Shown one piece after another: positions 1-10,381 of a stretch of 64,000 nucleotides of DNA. The notes beneath the pieces were generated by a model, which did not search any database, was not told where the DNA came from, and saw only the letters and a list, made by a program, of their open reading frames with translations. Source of the DNA: Nitrospirales bacterium (GTDB taxonomy: Bacteria > Nitrospirota > Nitrospiria > Nitrospirales > UBA8639). The stretch's first letter is position 1, and every line of letters starts with the position of its first letter. The translations under genes were made by a program, and so were the position numbers. The stretch spans positions 2,336,001 to 2,400,000 of the forward strand of contig CBDBCZ010000019.1 of assembly GCA_965203295.1 (NCBI GenBank), read 5' to 3'.

Positions 1-304
1 CTCCATTTTTTTTCGGCAACACCTTGAACATCTTGCACATACTCTTAATCTCTTCTGAGTAGTTTTGCCCTTCCAGCTGAAAATCTGTGGGCACCCCTGA
101 TTCACACCATCCCAACAAAGTGTGAAGCGGTGATCCAGGTTCTCTGAGAACAGACACCGTGGCGGTAGCTTGATCTACATCAAGTCTGGAAAGTGGGATA
201 GAAACAATCTGAGAAGAATTCGAAGGTTTTGCCAAAGCCTGTCCCCCAACATTCAACAGACAGAGGAAGCAAACAAGAAGGCCTCCACCGATGAAGATCG
301 CCAT
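1..304 (-). CDS. Partial exported hypothetical protein (runs off the window start)
   Basis: Manually translated open frame MAIFIGGGLLVCFLCLLNVGGQALAKPSNSSQ... It has a purine-rich RBS (GGAGAGAAGAGG) and a signal-peptide-like N-terminus. The frame is open back to an ATG at 397. Confidence 0.55.
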   Translation of the reverse strand, partial: MAIFIGGGLLVCFLCLLNVGGQALAKPSNSSQIVSIPLSRLDVDQATATVSVLREPGSPLHTLLGWCESGVPTDFQLEGQNYSEEIKSMCKMFKVLPKKNG

Positions 305-667
305 CCTCTTCTCTCCCAAATGACAGGACTTCTGGCGGTTCCACCAGTTAGAAACCCTTGACATGAAAAAACTCCAACAAATGACTTGAACCGTCATGTT
401 CTGCACCTTTCCGAATTCTTCTCCTTTGATCGTTCTTCTCTTTGTCCTCTATACAGCAGCCTAACGGCCAAAGCCCTCGTGATGCAAATCTGTCACAGGA
501 CAATCACGATCAATGCATGTTTTTCCTTATGTTTTGCCAAGATAGAACCAGGCAGTCCAACACAATGTTCACCTTCATAGGTTTTCTCATGTGGATTGTT
601 GTCACATGTCATCATTCGTATCACTCTGAACCTTGAGAGAAAACTCCATTTCTCCTTCGCACCACAT

Positions 668-1306
668 TTATCGAAGGGTCTTCCAGAAGGCTAAATTAGA
701 TCGAAACATGAGCATTCGGAAGGAAGTCTGCAGGGTCACAATATTGTCATTTTTGTTAACTTTGACAATCACTTCATCAGACCTCAGGTCTTCTGAAAAG
801 AAGCCTCCAAGAAAAGCAAAAAACGCTAATGCTCGACTGTTAGTCACAACGACGACAACATGATCCTCTACAATCGTTCTCTTCAGGCGTTCGCGAACAC
901 TCAAGTCTTGGACTTTCCATTGACCTCTTGGACCTTGATATCCATACAGTCGCTGATTAGTCTGCACAAAAATGAGTCGAGGAGTCACGAACGCACCCTG
1001 CACTTCCTCCTATGTATCTAATCTTTGTTCACTCCACTTGCGAAAGGGTCCGGAAAAGGCAAGCAGCCGACTGTTCGTTTCCACAAGGGCATTGATTCCT
1101 CGTGCCTCGGTCCTCACGACTTCTTCATTGCCCCGTAACCGAATAGGCGTGAGACCTTGGCCTGACGTCGCTCCAAACGCTTTGCCATCCGATATCACGA
1201 CCCCAACCTGATCAGTTATTTGCTCTTGCGCGAACGCATGCAGAGTGCTCCCCATGGTAACGACGCCTGCATCGTCTATCTTTCCGCGTATCAGATCCAT
1301 TCTCAC
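668..1306 (-). pseudogene. Exported beta-rich repeat hypothetical protein interrupted by an in-frame TAG
   Basis: ORFs 1010..1306 and 668..1003 are in the same frame, separated by TAG at 1010-1012 (…EQRLDT*EEVQGAF…). Both halves share internal repeats (ETNSRLLAFSG / QTNQRLYGYQG / VTNSRALAFFA). Confidence 0.7.
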
Positions 1307-1609
1307 TTCACCGTTTTACCCACTACTCAAGCAATAGACAGATAATCTCATGACCCTCTTTCTGTCTTCCATTCTCCCATTTCTCACTCTTCTTTCTCCA
1401 CTCATGACTTTACCTCAACCTCAATATCCCCAGCCAAACGAGGTGCTGCCTGTCAGTTGAATGAGATACTTCAACACGATGGCATAGAGGTGACACATGA
1501 TTCAGTAAGATCCATAATAGCCACTTGCATTCCTTTGTGTTTCCGTTCAGCATGCGCCCATTTCTTTTACAATCTTGTCTGCACATGCTGGTCTAAAGGA
1601 TTATTGCCG

Positions 1610-3112
1610 ATGATTTCTTCCGAACAACCACGCCATTGGCTCATTGCGTTTACCCGCCTCCTATTCGGGCCCAAAATGCTCGTGATCTTGCTGACTGAGT
1701 TTTCCTCAGGGCTTCCTTTGCTTCTGACTGGGTCGACACTCAAGTATTGGATGCGAGAAGAGGGTTTGGACCTGGGGACGATCGGACTATTTGGGCTTGT
1801 CGGACTTCCATATACACTCAAATTTTTGTGGGCTCCACTTCTGGACGCGTTGATCCCCCCATTCTTAGGCCGAAGGCGAGGCTGGATGTTGTCCACCCAA
1901 ATCTGCCTTTTCCTCACCATTTCGGCCATAGGGTTGACGGAACCCTCCACTCATCTTCTTCATATTGCTGTCGTCTGTTTGCTTATCACGTTTTTCAGTG
2001 CGAGCCAAGACATCGTGCTCGATGCGTATCGAAGAGAGCATTTACAAGATGAGGAGCTGGGTATTGGCTCGTCCGTATTCATCTATGGGTACAGAATCGG
2101 AATGCTGGTAGCCGGAGCCTTGGCACTTTTTCTTGCCGATCAAGATTCGCTTTCTTGGCACACGGTCTACTTTATCATGGGTGGCTTTATGATCGTGGGA
2201 ATGCTGACCACCATGTTTGCCCTGGAACCGATTCTGGTCGCACCGCCTTCTTCATCAGTCACCAAAGTCGCCGTTGGTTCGTACATGGAGTTTTTTGGTC
2301 ATCCCGGCGCAGTGCTTATCTTAGCCTTTGTTCTTCTTTATAAACTGGGGGACAGCATGGGAGCAGAAATGCTGTCTCCCCTTATGGTGGATATCGGCAT
2401 TTCTAAGACCGAATACGCGGTTGTGGGTAAAACTTTCGGCATGATGTCTTTAATTGGTGGAGGTCTTCTAGGCAGGGTGATCATCTATCGACTTGGGATT
2501 CTGCGATCTCTCTGGATTTTCGGCCTCCTGCAGATGTTTTCAACCGCAGGATTCATTCTGTTGGCTACCGCTGGAAACAACATTGCAATTTTTACAGCAG
2601 TGATTGCTTTTGAAATGATTACGAGCGGCTTGGGAACGACGGCTTATGTCGCCTTTATGGCAAGCATTACGAACAAACAATTTACGGCAACGCAATACGC
2701 TCTGCTCACCAGTATCATGGGGGTCCCGCGTGTGTTGGCCGGGTCAATGACCGGTATATTGGCAGAATGGGTAGGATGGGTAGGCTTTTATGCGATTTGT
2801 ACGTTCATTGCTATTCCTGGTCTTCTTTTAATTTCCCGGATTGCTCAAGCGTCCCTTCATCGTGAATCCTTTGGAAATCATGGGATGAACGCATTGGATG
2901 AACGCATTGGTCGTTTGCTGGTAATTTCGGTAATCCTCACCAGGATTGGTGAGGGCTTGGGATTCAGAAAACGGAATTCCGGTTATTTTGAGAAGAGCCC
3001 AGATCATCAAGAGGGGGCCAATCAATGTCAACCATCCATAGGGGACTCCTATTCCCATCAGAACATACGCACACCAAAGCAACCTTTCAAAAAAATAATT
3101 CGGATGCCGTGA
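1610..3112 (+). CDS. ampG: AmpG-family muropeptide MFS permease with an aberrant C-terminal extension
   Basis: Motifs FSSGLP, YTLKFLWAP, LGRRRGW, SASQDIVLDAYR and ATQYALL are present. The start is uncertain (1610 or 1676). The tail is altered by a 13-bp duplication at 2883-2908. Confidence 0.85.
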   Translation: MISSEQPRHWLIAFTRLLFGPKMLVILLTEFSSGLPLLLTGSTLKYWMREEGLDLGTIGLFGLVGLPYTLKFLWAPLLDALIPPFLGRRRGWMLSTQICLFLTISAIGLTEPSTHLLHIAVVCLLITFFSASQDIVLDAYRREHLQDEELGIGSSVFIYGYRIGMLVAGALALFLADQDSLSWHTVYFIMGGFMIVGMLTTMFALEPILVAPPSSSVTKVAVGSYMEFFGHPGAVLILAFVLLYKLGDSMGAEMLSPLMVDIGISKTEYAVVGKTFGMMSLIGGGLLGRVIIYRLGILRSLWIFGLLQMFSTAGFILLATAGNNIAIFTAVIAFEMITSGLGTTAYVAFMASITNKQFTATQYALLTSIMGVPRVLAGSMTGILAEWVGWVGFYAICTFIAIPGLLLISRIAQASLHRESFGNHGMNALDERIGRLLVISVILTRIGEGLGFRKRNSGYFEKSPDHQEGANQCQPSIGDSYSHQNIRTPKQPFKKIIRMP

Positions 3113-3667
3113 GTACCGCCATAGACCGATTCGGCAGGTCTTCCCACGATTGCGAGGATTTTGACGAAACCGCTCAAGTTGCCAATCAGCCCATGCCTCT
3201 CCAGATAGGGCAATGACCCAAACGAAGAAACCCATGAGTTCCCAACCACTCCACCTGGAACTCAGATTCTGCATCAGGACAAGCAATGGAAGGTAAAACA
3301 CCGCCACAGCGACAGCTTGGCCTTGGAAATAGAGAAAGATATAGAACGGAGCTCGGGTACCCCATTGTTGCCGAAGGGTCTGATAACGAGCATCCTCCGG
3401 TTTTCCGAGTACTCGATTGAACAATAAGTGACCAGCTAAGCGAATGCTGTATATGGCTCCTATCGAGGCTACGATGAGTCGCCTCACGGGATCACCTTCT
3501 GCTCCTAACCCATATCCGATAACCACGAAACTGAAAGCTACGCAAAATCCCACATCGGCCATCACAGCGTTTCGGTAAAACCTTTGCCCTCCCCAGAATG
3601 CCAACATGAAAGGAATGGTGAAACCAAAACTCAGTAAGACAAGTTCAATCGATGTGAGCCTGCTCAA
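2828..3667 (-). pseudogene. DUF1295 / steroid 5-alpha-reductase-like membrane protein with a disrupted C-terminus
   Basis: Motifs EDARYQ, ADWQL and GLWRYSRHPNYF are present. The terminal TTNAFIPWFP motif is broken by the 13-bp duplication, and TGA sits at the expected Trp codon. Confidence 0.75.
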
Positions 3668-3844
3668 TGATCCGGCTCCTTAAAAGAGAATGTTGAGTCC
3701 ACCAAGACATTCTCTTCATATCGAAAAGGCTAAGTTGACCACTTATTGAGGCAGGTGCTAAGTTGGTCAGTGGAAGGTTAAAAAGCTCTCACACACACAA
3801 ATCTTTCAGGTTATTGAAAACAATTTGATAAACGGGGTGGGGCG

Positions 3845-4093
3845 ATGACAGATCGAATTTTACAAGCGTATTATGAAGTTGAACGCGCCATGCAACAATA
3901 CAATGAGACCCTCGACGAATATTTGGCGTCCCTCCAATCAAACGAGGTGGCCAATGTCGAGAAGTTGGAGCGAATGACTGCCGGAACCAAAGCCATGCGT
4001 GACAGCAGTGGAATTTATCTTTCTTATGCTAAATTTGTTGCTTATGGGATGCCAGAAAGTGAGGATTTGGTGGAAGAAGACCTGCAGGCCTAG
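3845..4093 (+). CDS. Small helical hypothetical protein
   Basis: 82-aa ORF with a G-rich RBS and protein-like composition. It fills the gap before tRNA-Pro. Confidence 0.75.
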   Translation: MTDRILQAYYEVERAMQQYNETLDEYLASLQSNEVANVEKLERMTAGTKAMRDSSGIYLSYAKFVAYGMPESEDLVEEDLQA

Positions 4094-4132
4094 TTGGGAG
4101 AATTCATATCTCTTAATTTGGCTTCTTGAAGA

Positions 4133-4209
4133 TGGTCGGGGCGAGCCGATTTGAACGGCCGACCTCTCGCACCCCAAGCGAGTGCGCTACCGGGCTGCGC
4201 TACGCCCCG
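4133..4209 (-). tRNA. tRNA-Pro (GGG)
   Basis: Sequence CGGGGCGTAGCGCAGCCCGGTAGCGCA…, anticodon arm CTCGC-TTGGGGT-GCGAG, T loop TTCAAAT and encoded CCA. It lies in the typical ihfA-merR-tRNA-Pro context. Confidence 0.97.
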
Positions 4210-4264
4210 ACAACCGCGCATCATTGAATGCTTCATTCACTATGGCCTTGGGAAAACATTTCCT

Positions 4265-4633
4265 TTAACCATCTCGGTGTTTAAAGGAATCCAAAATTCC
4301 CAAAATACTCTTTAATTCCCTGCGAACACGCTCGACTTTTTCGGCAGAGAAATTTAACGTGTTCCCGATACGTTGACGTCGGTGCCAATGTCGCTTCAGC
4401 CCCGTTATTGTATACCCTTCTTCGTATAACATTCGCTTAATTTCAAGAACGGTCTCAATCGTTTGCTGATCATACACACGATGTCGTCCCTGACTTTTTC
4501 TAGGACGAAGAAAGCTAAATTCTGATTCCCAGAACCGCAATACCGAGGCTGGCAGTTTCGTCAGAGTACTGACCTCTCCGATTTTATAAAAGGTTTTCTC
4601 CCCTAGGGCTAACCCCTTGGTCATACCAACCAC
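4265..4633 (-). CDS. MerR-family transcriptional regulator
   Basis: FYKIGEVS…VLRFWESEF…GRHRVY HTH signature, located downstream of ihfA. Confidence 0.92.
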   Translation of the reverse strand: MVGMTKGLALGEKTFYKIGEVSTLTKLPASVLRFWESEFSFLRPRKSQGRHRVYDQQTIETVLEIKRMLYEEGYTITGLKRHWHRRQRIGNTLNFSAEKVERVRRELKSILGILDSFKHRDG

Positions 4634-4673
4634 CTACGAGACTGACGTTTGGGAAATAGGTCTACGCAATGAA

Positions 4674-4949
4674 TTAGGAATTGACGTATTTCTTAAACAA
4701 TTGACTCGGGCGAAAGGTGACAACACGTCTGGGCGTAATCGCAATTTCCTCACCTGTCCGAGGATTCCTTCCTTTCCTCTCACCTTTGCTTCGAACGATA
4801 AAATTCCCGAATCCTGCAATTTTAACCGGTTCGCCATTTTGTAATTTGGCTTTCATGCAATCCAAAATATATTCCACCAAATCCATGGCTTCGGTTTTGG
4901 AGACTCCAACCTTTTCACAAATCGTGTTGGCGATGTCGGCTTTCCGCAT
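4674..4949 (-). CDS. ihfA: Integration host factor subunit alpha
   Basis: VKIAGFGNF, RKGRNPRTGE and RRVVTFRPS motifs. Confidence 0.93.
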   Translation of the reverse strand: MRKADIANTICEKVGVSKTEAMDLVEYILDCMKAKLQNGEPVKIAGFGNFIVRSKGERKGRNPRTGEEIAITPRRVVTFRPSQLFKKYVNS

Positions 4950-5085
4950 TGTTTCCTCTAGACTCAAATCAGCGGATCAATCCGCTGAGCTCTTCACTTG
5001 TCTGGATCTGCTGCCCGTCAACCTAACGAGACTCATCACACTTGTCAAGGAAAATACACTCCTGAACTTGATCCGAAAGTCCCTG

Positions 5086-6672
5086 TCACCGACCGCCTTC
5101 CAAAAGTTTGTATTCAATACTATCCGCAAGGGCTTGCCAACTGGCTTCAATGATGTTTTCCGATACTCCGACAGTGCCCCATTTTTCTTTATGATCTCCC
5201 GATTCAATTAAAACACGAACTTTGGAGCCAGTGCCTTGATTTCCGTCCAGCACCCGCACTTTGTAATCATGAAGTCTGACTTCTTTCAGCTGGGGATAAA
5301 ACCTTTCAAGGGCTTTTCGCAAGGCATTGTCCAGCGCATTCACAGGGCCATCCCCTTCTGCCGCTGTCAATTCGACCACATCCCCCACTTTGATCTTAAT
5401 CGTCGCTTCGGTAATCGACGCCTCTTGAGACTGACGCTTCTCAATAATGACACGAAGTCCGAGCAGTTCAAAAGAAGGATGATGACTTCCCAAAGTCTTG
5501 CGAACCAACAGTTCAAACGACCCTTCGGCTCCTTCAAATTGATAGCCATCTCGTTCGAGGTCTTTGAGCTGCCCGATCAGTTCTTGGAGCTGTGGATGAT
5601 CTTTGGGAAGATCAAGTCCATAGGCTTCGACTTTCCCAGCAACTCCGCTTCGGCCTGTGTTGTCTGAAACCAATACTCTTCGACGGTTTCCAACACTTTC
5701 AGGTGGAACGTGTTCATACGTCAACGGATTTTTCTGGACCGCATCAATATGCACTCCTCCCTTATGGGCAAAGGCTGCATCCCCCACATAGGCTTGTCGT
5801 TTATTCGGAAGAAGGTTGGCAATTTCCGAGACAAAATGTGAAATATTTCTCAATTGAGTCAAATGCCCATCACCCAAAGCTGAACGCTGTAATTTTAATT
5901 CTAGATTAGCCATGATGGAGCAAAGATTGGCATTGCCACAACGTTCCCCAATTCCATTAATCGTTCCTTGCACCTGGCGGGCTCCCATCTGTATCGCCAC
6001 TAAGGAGTTCGCCACCGCCATTTCTGCATCGTTATGGGCATGAATACCTAACGGAACCTGACAGTCCTTGAGAACGTGTTGCCAGATTTTTTGAATTTCC
6101 CATGGCATCGTTCCACCATTCGTATCGCACAGAATGATCCGTTCTGCCCCGCCCAGGGCGGCTTGGCGTATTGTTTCCATGGCATATTCGGGATCTGCCT
6201 TAAACCCATCAAAAAAATGCTCCGCGTCATAAAACACCCGTCTTCCCTGATCACGAAGGAACGAAATGGAATCTGAAATAATTTCAAGATTCCTCTCAAG
6301 GGAGGTGCCAAGAGCTTCGGTGACATGCAGAGGCCAACTTTTTCCAAAAAGGGTAATGATGTTGGTTTCCGCCTCTAAGAGCGCCTGAAGATTGGGATCC
6401 TCCTTGGCCTGGTTGCCAGCTTTTCGTGTCGACCCAAAGGCCACAACCTTCGCCTGTTGCAGAGGAGTGGTTTTGACCACTCGGAAAAATTCGATATCCC
6501 GAGGATTTGCTCCAGGCCACCCTCCTTCAATGTAATGAATGCCAAGCTCATCCAACCGTTGGGCAATCCGGACTTTATCATCAACGGAAAAACTCACGTC
6601 TTCCGCCTGACCCCCATCACGTAAGGTGGTGTCATAAATTTCTATTGATGATGCATCATATTCCACGGTCAT
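5086..6672 (-). CDS. cimA: Citramalate synthase
   Basis: DTTLRDG, IEGGWPGANP, DAEHFFDG, HAHND, GERCGNANL, AFAHKGG and WGTVGVSENIIEASW motifs. Confidence 0.95.
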   Translation of the reverse strand: MTVEYDASSIEIYDTTLRDGGQAEDVSFSVDDKVRIAQRLDELGIHYIEGGWPGANPRDIEFFRVVKTTPLQQAKVVAFGSTRKAGNQAKEDPNLQALLEAETNIITLFGKSWPLHVTEALGTSLERNLEIISDSISFLRDQGRRVFYDAEHFFDGFKADPEYAMETIRQAALGGAERIILCDTNGGTMPWEIQKIWQHVLKDCQVPLGIHAHNDAEMAVANSLVAIQMGARQVQGTINGIGERCGNANLCSIMANLELKLQRSALGDGHLTQLRNISHFVSEIANLLPNKRQAYVGDAAFAHKGGVHIDAVQKNPLTYEHVPPESVGNRRRVLVSDNTGRSGVAGKVEAYGLDLPKDHPQLQELIGQLKDLERDGYQFEGAEGSFELLVRKTLGSHHPSFELLGLRVIIEKRQSQEASITEATIKIKVGDVVELTAAEGDGPVNALDNALRKALERFYPQLKEVRLHDYKVRVLDGNQGTGSKVRVLIESGDHKEKWGTVGVSENIIEASWQALADSIEYKLLEGGR

Positions 6673-6757
6673 TATCCTTTACGAAAGAGCATACTCTCAC
6701 TGGACCATCGCGATTCATCATGCAAGACTGACATCAACGAAACATCGAGTACGGCAA

Positions 6758-7981
6758 TCACCCGACATTTTCCCCCAAATCAAACTCTTGGTGCAAGGAC
6801 CTCACAGCCAGCTCTAGATATTTTTCCTCCACGACACAGGAGATCTTAATCTCGGAAGTACTGATCATCATGATATTGACGCCTTCATCGGAGAGGGCTT
6901 GGAACATTCGCGAAGCCACCCCAGAATGAGATCGCATACCCACTCCAACGAGTGAGACTTTGGCAATATTGTCCATGACTTCCACTCGCCGGGCTCCAAG
7001 TTTTTTGACGATCCCCTCGACAAGACGTCTGGCTCGAAGCAAGTCGCTTCTCGGGACCGTAAAGGAAATGTCTGTTAAGGAATCCTGACTGACATTTTGA
7101 ATGATCATATCAACAAGGATCTTCGAATCAGCCACAACCCCAAACAAATTTGCTGCGATCCCAGGTTGATCCGGCACACCAACCACAGTAATTTTGGCCT
7201 GGTCTCGGTCACCTGTCACACTTGACACCACAACCCGTCCCATTTCAGCATCTTCCTGAGTCACCAATGTCCCGTCTCCTTCCTCAAAACTCGATTTCAC
7301 TTCAACAGGCACTCCGTACTTCGCCGCAAATTCAACGGATCTGGCCTGCAGAACCTTTGCACCCAAGCTCGCGAGTTCGAGCATTTCTTCATAGGAAATT
7401 TTATTGATTCGTCTCGCCGAAGGCACCACATTCGGATCAGCCGTATACACCCCACCCACATCAGTATAGATCATACAACGATCGGCCTTCAATGAAGCCG
7501 CGAGTGCGACTGCAGTCAGATCGGACCCTCCACGACCGAGGGTCGTCACATCCGATCGCTCATTAATCCCTTGAAACCCCGCCACAACCGGCAGTGTCCC
7601 TTCTTTGAGAGCCTCCTTTAGACGATCAGTGGTGATCTTTGCAATCTTGGCTTTGGTATGCGAACTATCGGTAACGATTCCCACTTGTCTTCCAGTAAAT
7701 GATTGGGCATTGATTCCTCGGCTGCGAAGTTCCATCGCCAATAGGGATATCGCGACGCGTTCCCCCGAGGATAGGAGGACATCAAGCTCTCGCTCATCAG
7801 GAGTCTGTGTAATCTCATGCGCTAATCGCTGCAGACGGTCGGTTTCGCCACTCATGGCAGAGAGAACCACGACCAACTGGTTACCACCCCGATGAGTCTT
7901 CTCTACTAAATCTGCCACATTGCGGATTTTCTCCAAATCCCCGACCGATGTCCCCCCGAATTTTTGAACGAACAACGCCAT
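6758..7981 (-). CDS. lysC: Aspartate kinase
   Basis: [18 protein letters not shown] and two ACT domains (STSEIKIS). Confidence 0.97.
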   Translation of the reverse strand: MALFVQKFGGTSVGDLEKIRNVADLVEKTHRGGNQLVVVLSAMSGETDRLQRLAHEITQTPDERELDVLLSSGERVAISLLAMELRSRGINAQSFTGRQVGIVTDSSHTKAKIAKITTDRLKEALKEGTLPVVAGFQGINERSDVTTLGRGGSDLTAVALAASLKADRCMIYTDVGGVYTADPNVVPSARRINKISYEEMLELASLGAKVLQARSVEFAAKYGVPVEVKSSFEEGDGTLVTQEDAEMGRVVVSSVTGDRDQAKITVVGVPDQPGIAANLFGVVADSKILVDMIIQNVSQDSLTDISFTVPRSDLLRARRLVEGIVKKLGARRVEVMDNIAKVSLVGVGMRSHSGVASRMFQALSDEGVNIMMISTSEIKISCVVEEKYLELAVRSLHQEFDLGENVG

Positions 7982-9210
7982 TAATGTTGAACCAATAGCC
8001 GATTCGCTAACCGCAGTGGATCCTTTGTTCCAGTAGAGGAAGAGCCCGCCTCCATTTCATTGAAACCAACACGGGTCTCATTCGATTTCATGTTTTCACT
8101 TTCACATAGGGCAAAGACAGGGGACATACTGCCATGTTGAGAGGCTGAACTGCCGTAATGGTTACAGACAATGAGACCTCGATACCGCTCAAACGTCGAT
8201 AACTTTTTGAGTAATGGGCCCACCAGGTATTGATCCAATTGCTCCAATCGGCTTACTTGTTCTTTCCCAGGAAGTCTCTTGAATTCTGGCTTTTCCTGAA
8301 GGTGAAGATAAACAAAATCATATTGTTGAAGAAGTTTGAATGCCATGTCAGCATACCAATCGAAGAGGTTATTATCGAAACCTATATCTTGATCTGGAGT
8401 GACAGGCTTTAACCCTGCGCACATCCCAATGCCAAGGTGAATATCGGCATTGGAAACAACGGCTCCAGAGAGTCCGCACCGGTCCTTCAGGGGCGGTAAT
8501 TCGACGGATTTTCCAGGTCCCCATAACCAAAGAGCATTGGCAGGCTTCAAGCCGCGCTCTTCTCTTTCCTGATTAACCGAATGATCTCGCAAGATCCAAT
8601 GTGAAGCCTCCATGACTTCTTTCAAGACATCCGCTCGTTCTCCAGACGGCAGATACGGCCCCACCTCCTGGCCAAGAAGTGTATGGGGGTCATAGCAGGT
8701 GACCTTGGCCACACCCTTCACCCAGACCATTATATGGCGGTGTCGGTCTCCAGCATAAAATTGCAAAGTCTCTGACCCCAGTTGCTCGTTAATGGCATCA
8801 ATTAATTCTCGAGCCTCTTCTACCTCAAGTCTCTCTGTCGGATCATCTTCCAACAGGAGATAGGTCCCAAACTTCTTCCTATCCCCTCTCCCAGCCTGAG
8901 AACCCAGTGTCACTAAGGCACATAAATAAGCCACATCTTGCTTTTCTAATACGACTTCTGACTCAACAGCGGCAAAGGCCCCAGGGCCGGTTAGGTACTT
9001 CTTAGGGTCATATCCCAATAGCGCCAAGTGGAGGGTATCTCCCGTTGGGGAGAGTCCTTCTGAAGAAAATTTGAGACAACCATACTCCCCCTGATTCGCG
9101 AGAAAGTCGAGATTGGGAGTCAAGGCTGTCTGGAGTGGTGTTTTACCGCCCAACGACTCGACGGGATCTCCCGCCATTCCATCTCCTTGAAATATGACCG
9201 TCTTCACCAT
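7981..9210 (-). CDS. ApgM-like (cofactor-independent phosphoglycerate mutase / proposed homoserine kinase family) protein with degenerate catalytic motifs
   Basis: LGGKTPLQ…[14 protein letters not shown] and [11 protein letters not shown] motifs. It lies between thrC and lysC. Confidence 0.8.
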   Translation of the reverse strand: MVKTVIFQGDGMAGDPVESLGGKTPLQTALTPNLDFLANQGEYGCLKFSSEGLSPTGDTLHLALLGYDPKKYLTGPGAFAAVESEVVLEKQDVAYLCALVTLGSQAGRGDRKKFGTYLLLEDDPTERLEVEEARELIDAINEQLGSETLQFYAGDRHRHIMVWVKGVAKVTCYDPHTLLGQEVGPYLPSGERADVLKEVMEASHWILRDHSVNQEREERGLKPANALWLWGPGKSVELPPLKDRCGLSGAVVSNADIHLGIGMCAGLKPVTPDQDIGFDNNLFDWYADMAFKLLQQYDFVYLHLQEKPEFKRLPGKEQVSRLEQLDQYLVGPLLKKLSTFERYRGLIVCNHYGSSASQHGSMSPVFALCESENMKSNETRVGFNEMEAGSSSTGTKDPLRLANRLLVQH

Positions 9211-9277
9211 CCTGCTCAGATGAAAATTGGAATCTCTTGTCGATTGTTCAGTGGGAAAAGGTCAGCCTCAATCTTCT

Positions 9278-10336
9278 CTACAATTTCAGTAAGGCCGACA
9301 CATCTTCACGAGTTGGTTTCACGGTGAAGGGTTTGGGTGAGTATTCGACCGCTCGATCAGGATCCTTCAACCCATGGCCCGTCAAGGTGCACACCACTGT
9401 GGCCTCTTCAGGCAATAGACCTTGCTCACTCATTTTTGTGACTCCGGCCACAGATGCTGCCGAAGCTGGTTCACAGAATATGCCTTCCTCTTTTGCTAGC
9501 ATGGAATAGGCTTGAAGGATTTCCTCGTCTGTGACGGCGTCAATACTTCCCTTTGATTCCTCAACTGCCTGTAACGCTAAATTCCAACTAGCTGGATTTC
9601 CGATTCGAATCGCCGTCGCTACCGTTTGGGGATTTTCCACCCTATGCCCTAGAACGATGGGGGCAGCGCCTCTCGCCTGGAAACCAAACATCTTTGGAAG
9701 CTCAGAGGTTTGTCCAGCCGTATGATATTCTTTATACCCTCTCCAATAGGCGGTAATATTACCGGCATTTCCCACAGGAACGACGTGGAACATCGGGGAG
9801 AACCCAAGATGGTCACAGACTTCCATGGCCGCTGTCTTTTGCCCCTCTAACCGGAAAAGATTAAGGGAGTTCACCAGTTCAAACTGGTCTTCAGCGCATA
9901 GTTCCTTCACAAGTCCGAGTGCTTGATCAAAGTTTCCCTCAATTTGAATAACCTTCGCTCCGTGCATCATGGCCTGTGCTAACTTTCCCAACGCAATATT
10001 TCCTTCAGGAACCAGAACAAAAACAGGTAAGCCGGCCTTTGCCCCATAGGCCGCGGCCGAGGCGGAGGTATTTCCTGTCGAAGCACACATGAGCGCTCGA
10101 ACATTTTTTTCAAGGGCCTTGGAAACCGCCAATGTCATTCCTCGATCTTTAAATGATCCGGTGGGATTCGCCCCTTCAATCTTGAGGTAGAGTTCAGCCT
10201 GAGGACAGATTTTTTTCGCGACCCGAAAGGCATGGATTAACGGTGTATTCCCCTCACAAAGGGTGACGACCGGAGTCGTCTCTGTGACAGGTAAAAACTT
10301 CCTAAATTCTTGGATTATTCCTTGCCACGCAACCAT
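9278..10336 (-). CDS. thrC: Threonine synthase
   Basis: EGANPTGSFKDRG PLP lysine motif, CASTGNTS, VPVGNAGN and TGHGLKDP. Confidence 0.97.
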   Translation of the reverse strand: MVAWQGIIQEFRKFLPVTETTPVVTLCEGNTPLIHAFRVAKKICPQAELYLKIEGANPTGSFKDRGMTLAVSKALEKNVRALMCASTGNTSASAAAYGAKAGLPVFVLVPEGNIALGKLAQAMMHGAKVIQIEGNFDQALGLVKELCAEDQFELVNSLNLFRLEGQKTAAMEVCDHLGFSPMFHVVPVGNAGNITAYWRGYKEYHTAGQTSELPKMFGFQARGAAPIVLGHRVENPQTVATAIRIGNPASWNLALQAVEESKGSIDAVTDEEILQAYSMLAKEEGIFCEPASAASVAGVTKMSEQGLLPEEATVVCTLTGHGLKDPDRAVEYSPKPFTVKPTREDVSALLKL

Positions 10337-10381
10337 CGTTTAACCTGATTCTATTCCTTCCCTGTTTCCATTCAAGAGGTT

